From Roseateles sp. (GTDB taxonomy: Bacteria; Pseudomonadota; Gammaproteobacteria; Burkholderiales; Burkholderiaceae_C): a stretch of DNA of 64,000 nucleotides. The position numbers and the translations under genes are program-made. The notes under the pieces were generated by a model. It searched no databases and was not told the origin of the DNA. It worked only from the letters and a program-made list of their open reading frames with translations. This document shows, one piece after another, positions 30,307 through 37,877 of the stretch. How positions within the stretch are numbered: position 1 is the first letter of the stretch; each line of letters begins with the position of its first letter. Where the stretch lies: assembly GCF_044373315.1 (NCBI RefSeq), contig NZ_JBILQK010000001.1, positions 39,639-103,638 of the forward strand. The letters are read 5' to 3'.

Positions 30307-30575
30307 CGCCGCGCGCCTCATTGCAAGAGATGGAGCAGCGCCTGCGCGCTGCGCTGGAGCCCAGCGTGCTCGAGCTGCACGACGACAGCGCCAGCCATGC
30401 CGGACACGCCGGGGCTCGCGAGGGCGGGCATTACCAGCTCCGCATCGTCAGCCCCCGCTTTGCAGGCCTTGGCCGCGTGGCGAGACACCGCCTCGTATAT
30501 GATTCCCTCGCAGAGTTGATGCAGCATGGCATCCACGCGCTGGCGATTGATGCCCGCGCGCCGGACGAAGGCTAA
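30303..30575 (+). CDS. bolA: BolA-family protein
   Basis: 90 aa with LHDDSASHAGHAG and RHRLVYDSL motifs. 4-nt overlap with yciB. Confidence 0.85.
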   Translation: MTPRASLQEMEQRLRAALEPSVLELHDDSASHAGHAGAREGGHYQLRIVSPRFAGLGRVARHRLVYDSLAELMQHGIHALAIDARAPDEG

Positions 30576-30591
30576 AGCACTCCGCAAACCG

Positions 30592-30612
30592 CGCCTACCG
30601 GCGCTTTTTTTC
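30592..30612 (+). terminator. Short hairpin plus T7 run after bolA
   Basis: GCGCC-tacc-GGCGC followed by TTTTTTT. Confidence 0.5.
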
Positions 30613-30631
30613 ATTCATTGCGTACATATCC

Positions 30632-31435
30632 ATGAAGAAGCTCGTGCTCGCCGCGGCCATCGCGGCCCTGACCGCAACGCTTGTGCCCGTGACGGCCAGC
30701 GCACAGAACATCGCCATCGTCAATGGCAAGGCCGTGCCCAAGGCACGCGCCGATCTGCTGATCAACCAGGTCACCAAGGCCGGTCAGCAGCAGAGGACGC
30801 CAGAACTCGAAGCCCAGGTGCGCGACGAGGTCGTGCTGCGCGAGATCTTCATGCAGGAAGCCGAGAAGCGCGGCATCCCGGCCAGCGCCGACTTCCGGGC
30901 ACAGATGGAACTGGCCCGCCAGTCCATCATGATCCGGGAGCTGTTCGCAGACTTTGCCAAGAAGAACCCGGTGACCGACGCTGAAGCGCAAGCCGAGTAC
31001 GACAAGTTCAAGGCCCAGAACAGCGGCACCGAATACCGTGCCCGCCACATCCTGGTGGAGAAGGAAGAAGACGCCAAGGCGCTGATCAAGCAGCTTAACG
31101 GTGGCGCCAAGTTCGAGGATCTGGCCTCCAAGAACTCCAAGGACCCCGGCTCGGCAGCCAATGGCGGCGATCTGGACTTCGCCAATGCCAACAGCTACGT
31201 GCCCGAGTTCAGCAAGGCCATGGTCGCGCTGAAAAAGGGCGAGATGACCCAGGACCCGGTCAAGTCGCAGTTCGGTTTCCACATCATCAAGCTGGAAGAC
31301 ACGCGTGAAGCGCAGTTCCCCGCTTTCGCCGATGTGAAGGCCCAGATCGTGCAGCGCCTGAACCAGCAGAAGACGGCTGACTTCCAGCAAGAGCTGAAGA
31401 CCAAGGCCAAGACCGACTACAAGTTCGCGCGCTGA
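30632..31435 (+). CDS. Periplasmic parvulin-type peptidyl-prolyl cis-trans isomerase
   Basis: Signal peptide, SurA-like N-terminal chaperone segment, and a PpiC domain (YRARHILVEKEEDAKALIKQLNGGAKFEDLA...FGFHIIKLED). Confidence 0.88.
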   Translation: MKKLVLAAAIAALTATLVPVTASAQNIAIVNGKAVPKARADLLINQVTKAGQQQRTPELEAQVRDEVVLREIFMQEAEKRGIPASADFRAQMELARQSIMIRELFADFAKKNPVTDAEAQAEYDKFKAQNSGTEYRARHILVEKEEDAKALIKQLNGGAKFEDLASKNSKDPGSAANGGDLDFANANSYVPEFSKAMVALKKGEMTQDPVKSQFGFHIIKLEDTREAQFPAFADVKAQIVQRLNQQKTADFQQELKTKAKTDYKFAR

Positions 31436-31461
31436 TCCGCACGCGCCTGAACCGGCAAGCA

Positions 31462-31498
31462 GCCCGCGCCACGCCCGTCAGCGTGCGCGGGCTTTTTT
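31462..31498 (+). terminator. Rho-independent terminator after the PPIase gene
   Basis: GCCCGCGC ... GCGCGGGC 8-bp stem followed by TTTTTT. Confidence 0.75.
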
Positions 31499-31526
31499 CC
31501 ACCTGAACGACTCTGCGCCCTCCCCT

Positions 31527-32096
31527 GTGCCCGCCACCCGCCTCGCCAGAAGACTGCTGCCCCACCCCGACACGCTAGCCCAGACACCCGGCCTGCGCTG
31601 GCTGGGCCGCTATCTGGCGCCGCGCCCCTGGCTGTGGGTGGCGCACCGCCGCCGCGTCGCCATGGGGGTGGCCGTCGGCCTGGCCATCGGGGTGATTCCG
31701 CTGCCGACCCAGATGCTGGTGGCCGCAGTCTTTGCCATCGTGTTCCGCGCCAATGTGGCGGCGGCGGTGGCAGCCACCTGGCTGACTAACCCCTTCACGC
31801 TGGTACCGATCTGGAGCCTGGCGATCTATCTGGGCCGGCTGGCATCAGGCCATCAGGGCCCGATTGCCACGCCCGAGATGCTGGACATCGCCTGGGCCCA
31901 GCCAGCCACCTGGGGGCCTTCGCTATGGGCCTGGGTGCAGGCGCTGGGCCATCCGCTGCTGGTGGGCCTGCCGCTGGCCGGGCTGGTGCTGGGCGCCGCC
32001 GCCTATGCGGTGGTCTATATCGGCTGGTGGGCGGTGATCCGCGGTGAGCGCCTACGCCGGTTGCGCCAGCGCAGCCGGCGCAGTGATCTCGCTTAG
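31527..32096 (+). CDS. DUF2062 membrane protein
   Basis: GVAVGLAIGVIPLPTQMLVAAVFAIVFRANVAAAVAATWLTNPFT pattern. GTG start. The 3' end overlaps the convergent ABC ATPase gene by 45 nt. Confidence 0.7.
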   Translation: MPATRLARRLLPHPDTLAQTPGLRWLGRYLAPRPWLWVAHRRRVAMGVAVGLAIGVIPLPTQMLVAAVFAIVFRANVAAAVAATWLTNPFTLVPIWSLAIYLGRLASGHQGPIATPEMLDIAWAQPATWGPSLWAWVQALGHPLLVGLPLAGLVLGAAAYAVVYIGWWAVIRGERLRRLRQRSRRSDLA

Positions 32097-32771
32097 CCGG
32101 CCGGCCTCGATGCGCAGCTGACGCTGGCAGCGCTGCGCGATGGCCGGGTCGTGCGTTACCAGCACCAAGGTCGTGCCGGCCTCGCGATTGAGCTCGAACA
32201 TCAAGTCCATCACCGCGGCACCGGTGGCGAAATCCAGGCTGCCGGTCGGCTCATCGGCCAGCAGCAAGGCCGGGCGCTGCACAAAGGCGCGCGCCAAGGC
32301 CACACGCTGCTGCTCGCCGCCCGACAAGACGCGCGGATAGTGGCGCAGGCGCTCGCCCAAGCCCACCCGCTCCAGCATGGCCTGTGCAAGCGCGCGCGCA
32401 TCACGCTCGCCGCGCAGCTCCAGCGGCAGCATCACGTTCTCCAGCGCCGTCAGATTGGCCAGCAGCTGAAAGCTCTGGAACACAAAGCCCACATGCTGGG
32501 CGCGCAAGGCGGCGCGCTGGTCCTCATTGAGATCGAACAAGGCCTGGCCAGCCAGCTTGACGCTGCCGCTGCTGGGCGTGTCCAGGCCCGCAAGAATGGC
32601 CAGCAGCGTGCTCTTGCCCGAGCCCGAAGCCCCCACAACCGCCACCGATTCGCGCGGCGCCAGCGTGAAGGAGACTTCATGCAGTATCGTCAGCAGCCCC
32701 GACGCGTCCTGCACCTGCTTGGTCACGCGCTCGACTTCGATAATGGGCTTCTGGTCAATGGATGCGGACAT
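32052..32771 (-). CDS. ABC transporter ATP-binding protein (YbbA/LolD-like)
   Basis: Walker A GASGSGKST, FVFQSFQLL, LSGGEQQRVALARA, and LLADEPTGSLD. The start is at MSASIDQK (ATG 32771); the annotated 389-aa ORF extension is non-coding-like. Confidence 0.88.
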   Translation of the reverse strand: MSASIDQKPIIEVERVTKQVQDASGLLTILHEVSFTLAPRESVAVVGASGSGKSTLLAILAGLDTPSSGSVKLAGQALFDLNEDQRAALRAQHVGFVFQSFQLLANLTALENVMLPLELRGERDARALAQAMLERVGLGERLRHYPRVLSGGEQQRVALARAFVQRPALLLADEPTGSLDFATGAAVMDLMFELNREAGTTLVLVTHDPAIAQRCQRQLRIEAGRLSEITAPAALAQPA

Positions 32772-33432
32772 GAAGAGACGGCTTGGACAAAGCAAGCGAC
32801 GTGATTGGATGCGGGACTGTAGCCTGCTGGCGCTATCCCTGGCGGTGCCGGGTCTTGCCGTGGCGCAGACGGGCAAGCCGCGCCGCATCGTGGTGATCGG
32901 CGACAGCCTGTCGGCCGAGTACGGCATTGCACGCGGCAGCGGATGGGTGGCGCTGCTGGAGCAGCGGCTGAAGGCGCGCAAGATTGCCGCCGAGGTCATC
33001 AATGCCAGCATCAGCGGCGACACCACCTCGGGCGGGCGTTCGCGCCTGCCGGCGGCGCTGGCGCGGCACAAGCCCACACATCTGATCATCGAGCTGGGCG
33101 GCAATGACGCGCTGCGCGGCTTGGCGCTGGACATGACACGCGACAACCTGCGCGCCATGGTCCGCGCCGGCAAGGCCGCAGGCGCCAAGGTGCTGCTGGT
33201 GGGCATGCAGGTGCCGCCCAACTATGGCCCGAGCTACGGGCGCGACTTCTTCGCGCTGTTCGGCCAGGTGGCCCGAGAGGAGAAGACGGCTCTCACGCCC
33301 TTTCTGCTGCAAGGGGTGGCCGACCGTGCCGACGCCGAGGCATGGTTCCAGCCCGACCGCATCCACCCGCTGGCCAAGGCCCATCCGCTGATGCTGGATC
33401 AGGTCTGGGCCGGGCTCGAACCCCTGCTCTGA
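32770..33432 (+). CDS. tesA: SGNH/GDSL arylesterase / acyl-CoA thioesterase I-like
   Basis: VVIGDSLSAEYG (GDSL block), ELGGNDALRG, and DRIHP. It is divergent from the ybbA-like gene, as in E. coli tesA-ybbA. The start could instead be ATG 32809. Confidence 0.82.
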   Translation: MKRRLGQSKRRDWMRDCSLLALSLAVPGLAVAQTGKPRRIVVIGDSLSAEYGIARGSGWVALLEQRLKARKIAAEVINASISGDTTSGGRSRLPAALARHKPTHLIIELGGNDALRGLALDMTRDNLRAMVRAGKAAGAKVLLVGMQVPPNYGPSYGRDFFALFGQVAREEKTALTPFLLQGVADRADAEAWFQPDRIHPLAKAHPLMLDQVWAGLEPLL

Positions 33433-33448
33433 GCGCCGGCCCGGCCGC

Positions 33449-35332
33449 TTAGCGCTGCTGCTCGCGCTCGCGCTTGCTGACGACCCCTTCGGCAGGCTCG
33501 CCGCGACTGCGCTTCTCACCGCGCTCATCGCCGGGGCGGGCCCGCTCGGGTGCCGGCTGAGGCACGCGCGGCGGGACCGGCATGGGCATCGCGCGCTCGA
33601 CGGGGCGCTGCTCCATCGGCCGCTCCATCGGACGCTCGATGGCGCGCTCCACCGGACGCTGCGGTGGCATCGCAATCTGCGGCTGCTGAAAGCCTGGCAC
33701 GATGCCGCGCTCGATGCGGCGCTCAGGTGGCTCGGCCCGCTCATTGCGTTGCTGGGCGCGCTCGATCGCCGACATCGGCACGCCAGCATCGGCGCCACGC
33801 TCGATGCGTTCAATGCGCTCAATGCGTTCGGCGCGTTCATTGCGCTGCTCGGTCTGCTGCCAGGCACGCTCTGGGGCGGACATCGGCACACCCGGCTCGC
33901 CGCGCTGCGGGCGCGGCGCATCGATCGGATCAGCCGGCCGTGGCGGCACCGGCCGCACGGGCACCGGCACTGGCGCGCCAGGCACCTGTGGCGCCTGCAC
34001 GTTCGGCACTTGCACATTCGGCACTTGGACCTGCGGCGGCTGCACCTGTGGGGGCGCCACTTGGGGCGGCTGGGGGCGCACCACCCCCGTGCCACCCTGG
34101 CCACGGCCAGGTTGCACCGACAAGCCCAGGCCAGGCTCGTCGCGCGGCCGCGGCGGCCGCTGCGCGCCATCGCCTGGGCGCGGCACATAGACCGGATCAT
34201 GGTCGCGGTTGATGCGCTCACGGTAGTTGGGGGTATGGCGGTAATGCGGCTGATAGACCTGATAGGGCGCCAGCGGCGCCCACATGCCCGGGCGCGGTGG
34301 CGGCGGGCGCGAACCGCCAATCGTCACGCCGACGCTCAGATGCGGGCCACTGCTCCAGGCCACCAGGGCAGGCGAATAGACCGGGCGCGCCACATAGCGC
34401 CCCGGGGCCCAGCCCCAGCGCCCGCCAACGCGCACCCAGCGGCCATAGTGAAAAGGCGCAAAACCCCAGGGCTGCGCATCAACCCAGGTCCAGCCCCAGC
34501 GCGCAGTCCAGACCCAGCGGCCATGCTGGTAAGGCGCCCAGTCCACCGCCACTTGGGTCGGATACCAGAGGGCGCCGTACTCGTCGTGCCGGTCCCAGCG
34601 CCCAAAGCGGTCCAGATCCTCGGCCCCCGTCATCTCGGGCGAGACATAGCGATGCGCTGTCATCTCGCCCTCGGTCTCACGCTGGTTCTGCAGCCAGCGG
34701 GCAAAGCTGTCGCGCTCCACCGACTGGCGCTCGGTGCGCGGGCCCTGGCTCCACCACAGCTCGGCCTGCTCGCCAGGTGCCAGCCACACCGGGTCAGCCT
34801 CAGCCGTACGGAATTCGAAGCGCGCGCGCCCCTGCCACGCCATTGCGCGCGAGCCGCGCTCCAGCTGGTCGATGCGGAACATGCCCTCGCCGTCCAGGAA
34901 CAGCCGGCCCTCGCGCGTCAACAGCCGGTAGTCCTGTGCCTGCTCGCGGCTGCGCAGCTTCAGCGCAAGCCCGCCGCGATCCACGCGCAACAGCACGCGC
35001 TCATCGTCCATGCGCTCGACTTCCAGCTCGCTGCGCTCATCCAGCCACAGCGTGGTCGAACCGATACGCAAGGTGATGCGGCTGCTGCCGTCGCTGCGCA
35101 GGCGGTCGCCCTCGGCCACGGTCTGGTTGCGCGCCAGGCGCTCCCAGTCGCGGCTCTGGCTGTCAAAGATCCAGGCTTCGCCGCTGATATCGGACACGCG
35201 GCCGGCGCGCGCCGGCGGATCCTCGGCCCGCGCCGGCAAGGCCAGCAGCAGGCTCAGCAAACCCAGCAGACCGATCAGGCCCAGCCAGACGACCCGGCTC
35301 GGGTCGGGAATGGCAATACGACGACGCTTCAT
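33449..35332 (-). CDS. FecR-domain envelope protein with a Trp-rich central region (DUF6600-like) and a Pro/Glu/Arg-rich repetitive C-terminus
   Basis: Signal/anchor VVWLGLIGLLGLLSLLLALPARA. FecR-like GRVSDISGEAWIF...VAEGDRLRSDGSSRITLRIG. W-rich YGALWYP...HGRWVWTARWGWTWVD...FHYGRWV...GRWGWAPG. The tail carries PQVQ/PNVQ and ERIERIER repeats. The start is at MKRRRIAIP, preceded by a GAGGAGAG RBS. Confidence 0.7.
   Translation of the reverse strand: MKRRRIAIPDPSRVVWLGLIGLLGLLSLLLALPARAEDPPARAGRVSDISGEAWIFDSQSRDWERLARNQTVAEGDRLRSDGSSRITLRIGSTTLWLDERSELEVERMDDERVLLRVDRGGLALKLRSREQAQDYRLLTREGRLFLDGEGMFRIDQLERGSRAMAWQGRARFEFRTAEADPVWLAPGEQAELWWSQGPRTERQSVERDSFARWLQNQRETEGEMTAHRYVSPEMTGAEDLDRFGRWDRHDEYGALWYPTQVAVDWAPYQHGRWVWTARWGWTWVDAQPWGFAPFHYGRWVRVGGRWGWAPGRYVARPVYSPALVAWSSGPHLSVGVTIGGSRPPPPRPGMWAPLAPYQVYQPHYRHTPNYRERINRDHDPVYVPRPGDGAQRPPRPRDEPGLGLSVQPGRGQGGTGVVRPQPPQVAPPQVQPPQVQVPNVQVPNVQAPQVPGAPVPVPVRPVPPRPADPIDAPRPQRGEPGVPMSAPERAWQQTEQRNERAERIERIERIERGADAGVPMSAIERAQQRNERAEPPERRIERGIVPGFQQPQIAMPPQRPVERAIERPMERPMEQRPVERAMPMPVPPRVPQPAPERARPGDERGEKRSRGEPAEGVVSKREREQQR
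33797..33850. repeat. Imperfect 9-nt in-frame tandem repeat (about 6 units; encodes ERIERIER...)
   Basis: Units read acgctcgat/gcgttcaat/gcgctcaat/gcgttcggc/gcgttcatt/gcgctgctc. Confidence 0.7.
33981..34070. repeat. Imperfect 15-nt in-frame tandem repeat (about 6 units; encodes PQVQ(A/V)PN-type pentapeptides)
   Basis: Units read gcacctgtggcgcct/gcacgttcggcactt/gcacattcggcactt/ggacctgcggcggct/gcacctgtgggggcg/ccacttggggcggct. Confidence 0.7.
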
Positions 35333-35415
35333 GCGACTCTCCTCGGCACAGGCACACAACGTGCGCGAGCCGCGCTGCGCCGACCGCATTTACAAATCTT
35401 TTCCGGGACTTGGCT

Positions 35416-35952
35416 TCAGTCGTCGGCCGCGGGGTCCAGTTCGGGAAACAGCACCGAGGTGAAGCCGAAACGGCTGAAATCCTTGACCCGCATCGGATAC
35501 AGCACGCCATCCAGGTGGTCGCACTCATGCTGCACCACACGGGCGTGGAAGCCTTCGGCCTCGCGTTCGATGGGCTGGCCATCGACATCGAAGCCGCGGT
35601 AGCGGATGCGCGCGCTGCGCGGCACCACGCCGCGCAGGCCTGGAACCGACAGACAGCCTTCCCAGCCGTCTTCCTGCTCGGGCCCCAGCGGCTCGATGAC
35701 CGGATTCAGCAGCACCGTGGGCGGAACCGGCGGAGCATCCGGGTAGCGGGTGATGCGCTCGTAGCCGAAGATCACCAGCCGCAGGTCCACGCCGATCTGC
35801 GGCGCCGCCAGACCAGCGCCCTGCGCGGCCTTCATGGTCTCGAACATATCGGCCACCAGCTGGTGCAGCTCGGGCGTGCCGAACTCGATCACCGGCTGCG
35901 CCACGCGCAGCAAACGGGCATCGCCCATCTTCAGAATTTCGTGAACGGCCAT
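35416..35952 (-). CDS. def: Peptide deformylase
   Basis: [16 protein letters not shown] and HECDHLDG motifs. Confidence 0.95.
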   Translation of the reverse strand: MAVHEILKMGDARLLRVAQPVIEFGTPELHQLVADMFETMKAAQGAGLAAPQIGVDLRLVIFGYERITRYPDAPPVPPTVLLNPVIEPLGPEQEDGWEGCLSVPGLRGVVPRSARIRYRGFDVDGQPIEREAEGFHARVVQHECDHLDGVLYPMRVKDFSRFGFTSVLFPELDPAADD

Positions 35953-36009
35953 GTCAGATGCTTCCTTGCGCTATGGTGGCGGGCATTCTATGTACGGAGA
36001 CTGTTCCCG

Positions 36010-36993
36010 ATGCCCGACTTTCTGCAAGCCCTGGGCGATGGCATCTATGCCATTGACACCGGCTTCCAGCGCGATCGTTTCGACGCTGCCTACCTGATCA
36101 CCGAAGCCGGCCGCGCCGCCTTCATCGACACTGGCACCAACCACAGCGTGCCGCGCCTGCTGACCAGCCTGGATGCGCTGGGCATCGCGCGCGAGGCGGT
36201 GGACTGGGTCATCCCCACCCATGTGCACCTGGACCACGCCGGTGGCGTGGGCTTGCTGGTGCAGTCGTTGCCCACGGCACGCGTGCTGGCGCACCCGCGC
36301 GGGCTGCGCCATCTGGTCAGCCCGACGGCGCTCTGGGCCGGCGCGCTGGCCGTCTATGGCGAAGAAGAAATGCAGCGCAGCTACGGCCGCCTAGTCCCAG
36401 TGCCCGCAGCGCGCGCAGAGCCCAGCCACGACGGCCAGGTGATTGAGCTGGCTGGCCGGCCCCTGCTGTTGATCGACACCCCGGGCCACGCGCGCCATCA
36501 CCACTGCATCTGGGACGAGCGCAGCGGCGGCTGGTTCACCGGCGACACCTTCGGCATCGCCTACCCGGAGTTCACGCGCGCCTCGGACGGCGCGCCCTGG
36601 CTGTTTCCCACCAGCACGCCTGTGCAGTTCGAGCCCGATGAGCTGCGCGCTTCAGTGACGCGCCTGTTGGAGAAATCGCCGCGCGCGATGTACCTGACGC
36701 ACTACAGCCGCGTGGGGCGCAGTACGGATGAGGTGCGCGCGCTGGCTGACTATCTGCTGAAGCTCGTCGACGCGATGGTGCATGCCGCGCAGGCTGTGAA
36801 AGACCTGGCAGGCGCCGAGCGCCATACCGCGTTGAAAGCGCGCCTGTTATTGCTGTACCAGCAGGAAGCCTGCGCGCATCAGCCGGCGCTGACGCCAGAA
36901 GCCGCGGCCGAGCTGCTGGGCTCGGACGTGGAGCTGAACGCGCAGGGGCTGGAGATCTGGCTGGACAAGCTGCTGCAGGCGCAGCAGCAGTAA
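36010..36993 (+). CDS. MBL-fold metallo-hydrolase
   Basis: Canonical THVHLDHAGG plus DTPGHARHH. The start is at MPDFLQ (ATG 36010); the longer ORF from 35410 is antisense to def. Confidence 0.85.
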   Translation: MPDFLQALGDGIYAIDTGFQRDRFDAAYLITEAGRAAFIDTGTNHSVPRLLTSLDALGIAREAVDWVIPTHVHLDHAGGVGLLVQSLPTARVLAHPRGLRHLVSPTALWAGALAVYGEEEMQRSYGRLVPVPAARAEPSHDGQVIELAGRPLLLIDTPGHARHHHCIWDERSGGWFTGDTFGIAYPEFTRASDGAPWLFPTSTPVQFEPDELRASVTRLLEKSPRAMYLTHYSRVGRSTDEVRALADYLLKLVDAMVHAAQAVKDLAGAERHTALKARLLLLYQQEACAHQPALTPEAAAELLGSDVELNAQGLEIWLDKLLQAQQQ

Positions 36994-36999
36994 AGCCGC

Positions 37000-37722
37000 T
37001 CAGCCCGCCAGCGCCACGTAGACCTCCTGCACATCGTCGTTCGCGTCGATGGCGGCGAGAAAGGCTTCCACTTCCTCCAGCTCGGCCGCGCCCAGCGTGG
37101 CAGGATTCTTGGGCCGGTAGCCGAGCTTGGCCGAATTCACGCTGAAGCCCTGTGCCGGCAGCGCACGGCAGACGATGTCGAGATCGGCCGCATCGGTGTA
37201 GAACTGCGCACCGCCGCCATCGCCGCTGTCTTCGTCAGGCGCCAGGATCTCGAAGTCCTGCGCGCCGGCCTCGATGGCGGCCAGCTCGGCATCGGCGCCC
37301 GGCTGCAGTGGGCTGGCCTCGATGATGCCCAAATGGTCGAAGTCCCAGCTGACCGAGCCACTGACGCCCTGCTGACCTTTGCGGAACAGCACGCGCATGT
37401 CGGACGCGGTGCGGTTCACGTTGTCGGTCAGACACTCGACGATCACCGCCACGCGGTGCGGCGCGAAGCCCTCGTAGGTGACGCGCTCGAAGCTCACCGC
37501 TTCGCCCAGCAGACCTGCGCCCTTCTTGATGGCGCGCTCCAGTGTGTCGCGCGGCATCGAGGCCTTCTTGGCCTGCTCCACCACCATGCGCAGCCGTGCA
37601 TTCATGTCAGGGTCAGCGCCATTGCGCGCGGCCTGCATGATCTCCTTGGACAGCTTGGTGAACATCCGGCCCTTGGCATTCGCCGCGATGTCCTTGTGCT
37701 TGGCTTTCCACTGTGCGCCCAT
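37000..37722 (-). CDS. yebC: YebC/PmpR-family DNA-binding transcriptional regulator
   Basis: [29 protein letters not shown]-terminus and a 240-aa length typical of the family. Confidence 0.9.
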   Translation of the reverse strand: MGAQWKAKHKDIAANAKGRMFTKLSKEIMQAARNGADPDMNARLRMVVEQAKKASMPRDTLERAIKKGAGLLGEAVSFERVTYEGFAPHRVAVIVECLTDNVNRTASDMRVLFRKGQQGVSGSVSWDFDHLGIIEASPLQPGADAELAAIEAGAQDFEILAPDEDSGDGGGAQFYTDAADLDIVCRALPAQGFSVNSAKLGYRPKNPATLGAAELEEVEAFLAAIDANDDVQEVYVALAG

Positions 37723-37877
37723 ACGACTTCCTTCTCTTCCTTGCTCAAGCGTTGTTGCGTTGTTCGAAACGTCCGGGCTTATACACCCGCGCTGGACGGC
37801 TGGTGCCGGGGGCGCTCAGGCGAACGGCAATGGATGGCTGGCCAAGCTTCCCCTGGATGAACCTCTTGAGCCCCGAT

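Noticed and set aside
32772-33221. N-terminal 150-aa extension of the ABC ATPase ORF (389-aa version)
   Set aside because: The extension is antisense to the GDSL esterase gene and is Arg/Ser/Ala-rich nonsense. The ATPase domain begins right after the internal ATG at 32771.
35410-36009. 200-aa N-terminal extension of the MBL hydrolase ORF. Comparable extensions exist on pobA (3641-3730), pobR (3380-3739), apaH (19343-19450), selO (27488-27679) and the ABC exporter (51765-51914).
   Set aside because: The extensions overlap neighbouring genes on the opposite strand or lack coding character. Internal starts coincide with the conserved family N-termini and, where checked, with Shine-Dalgarno motifs.
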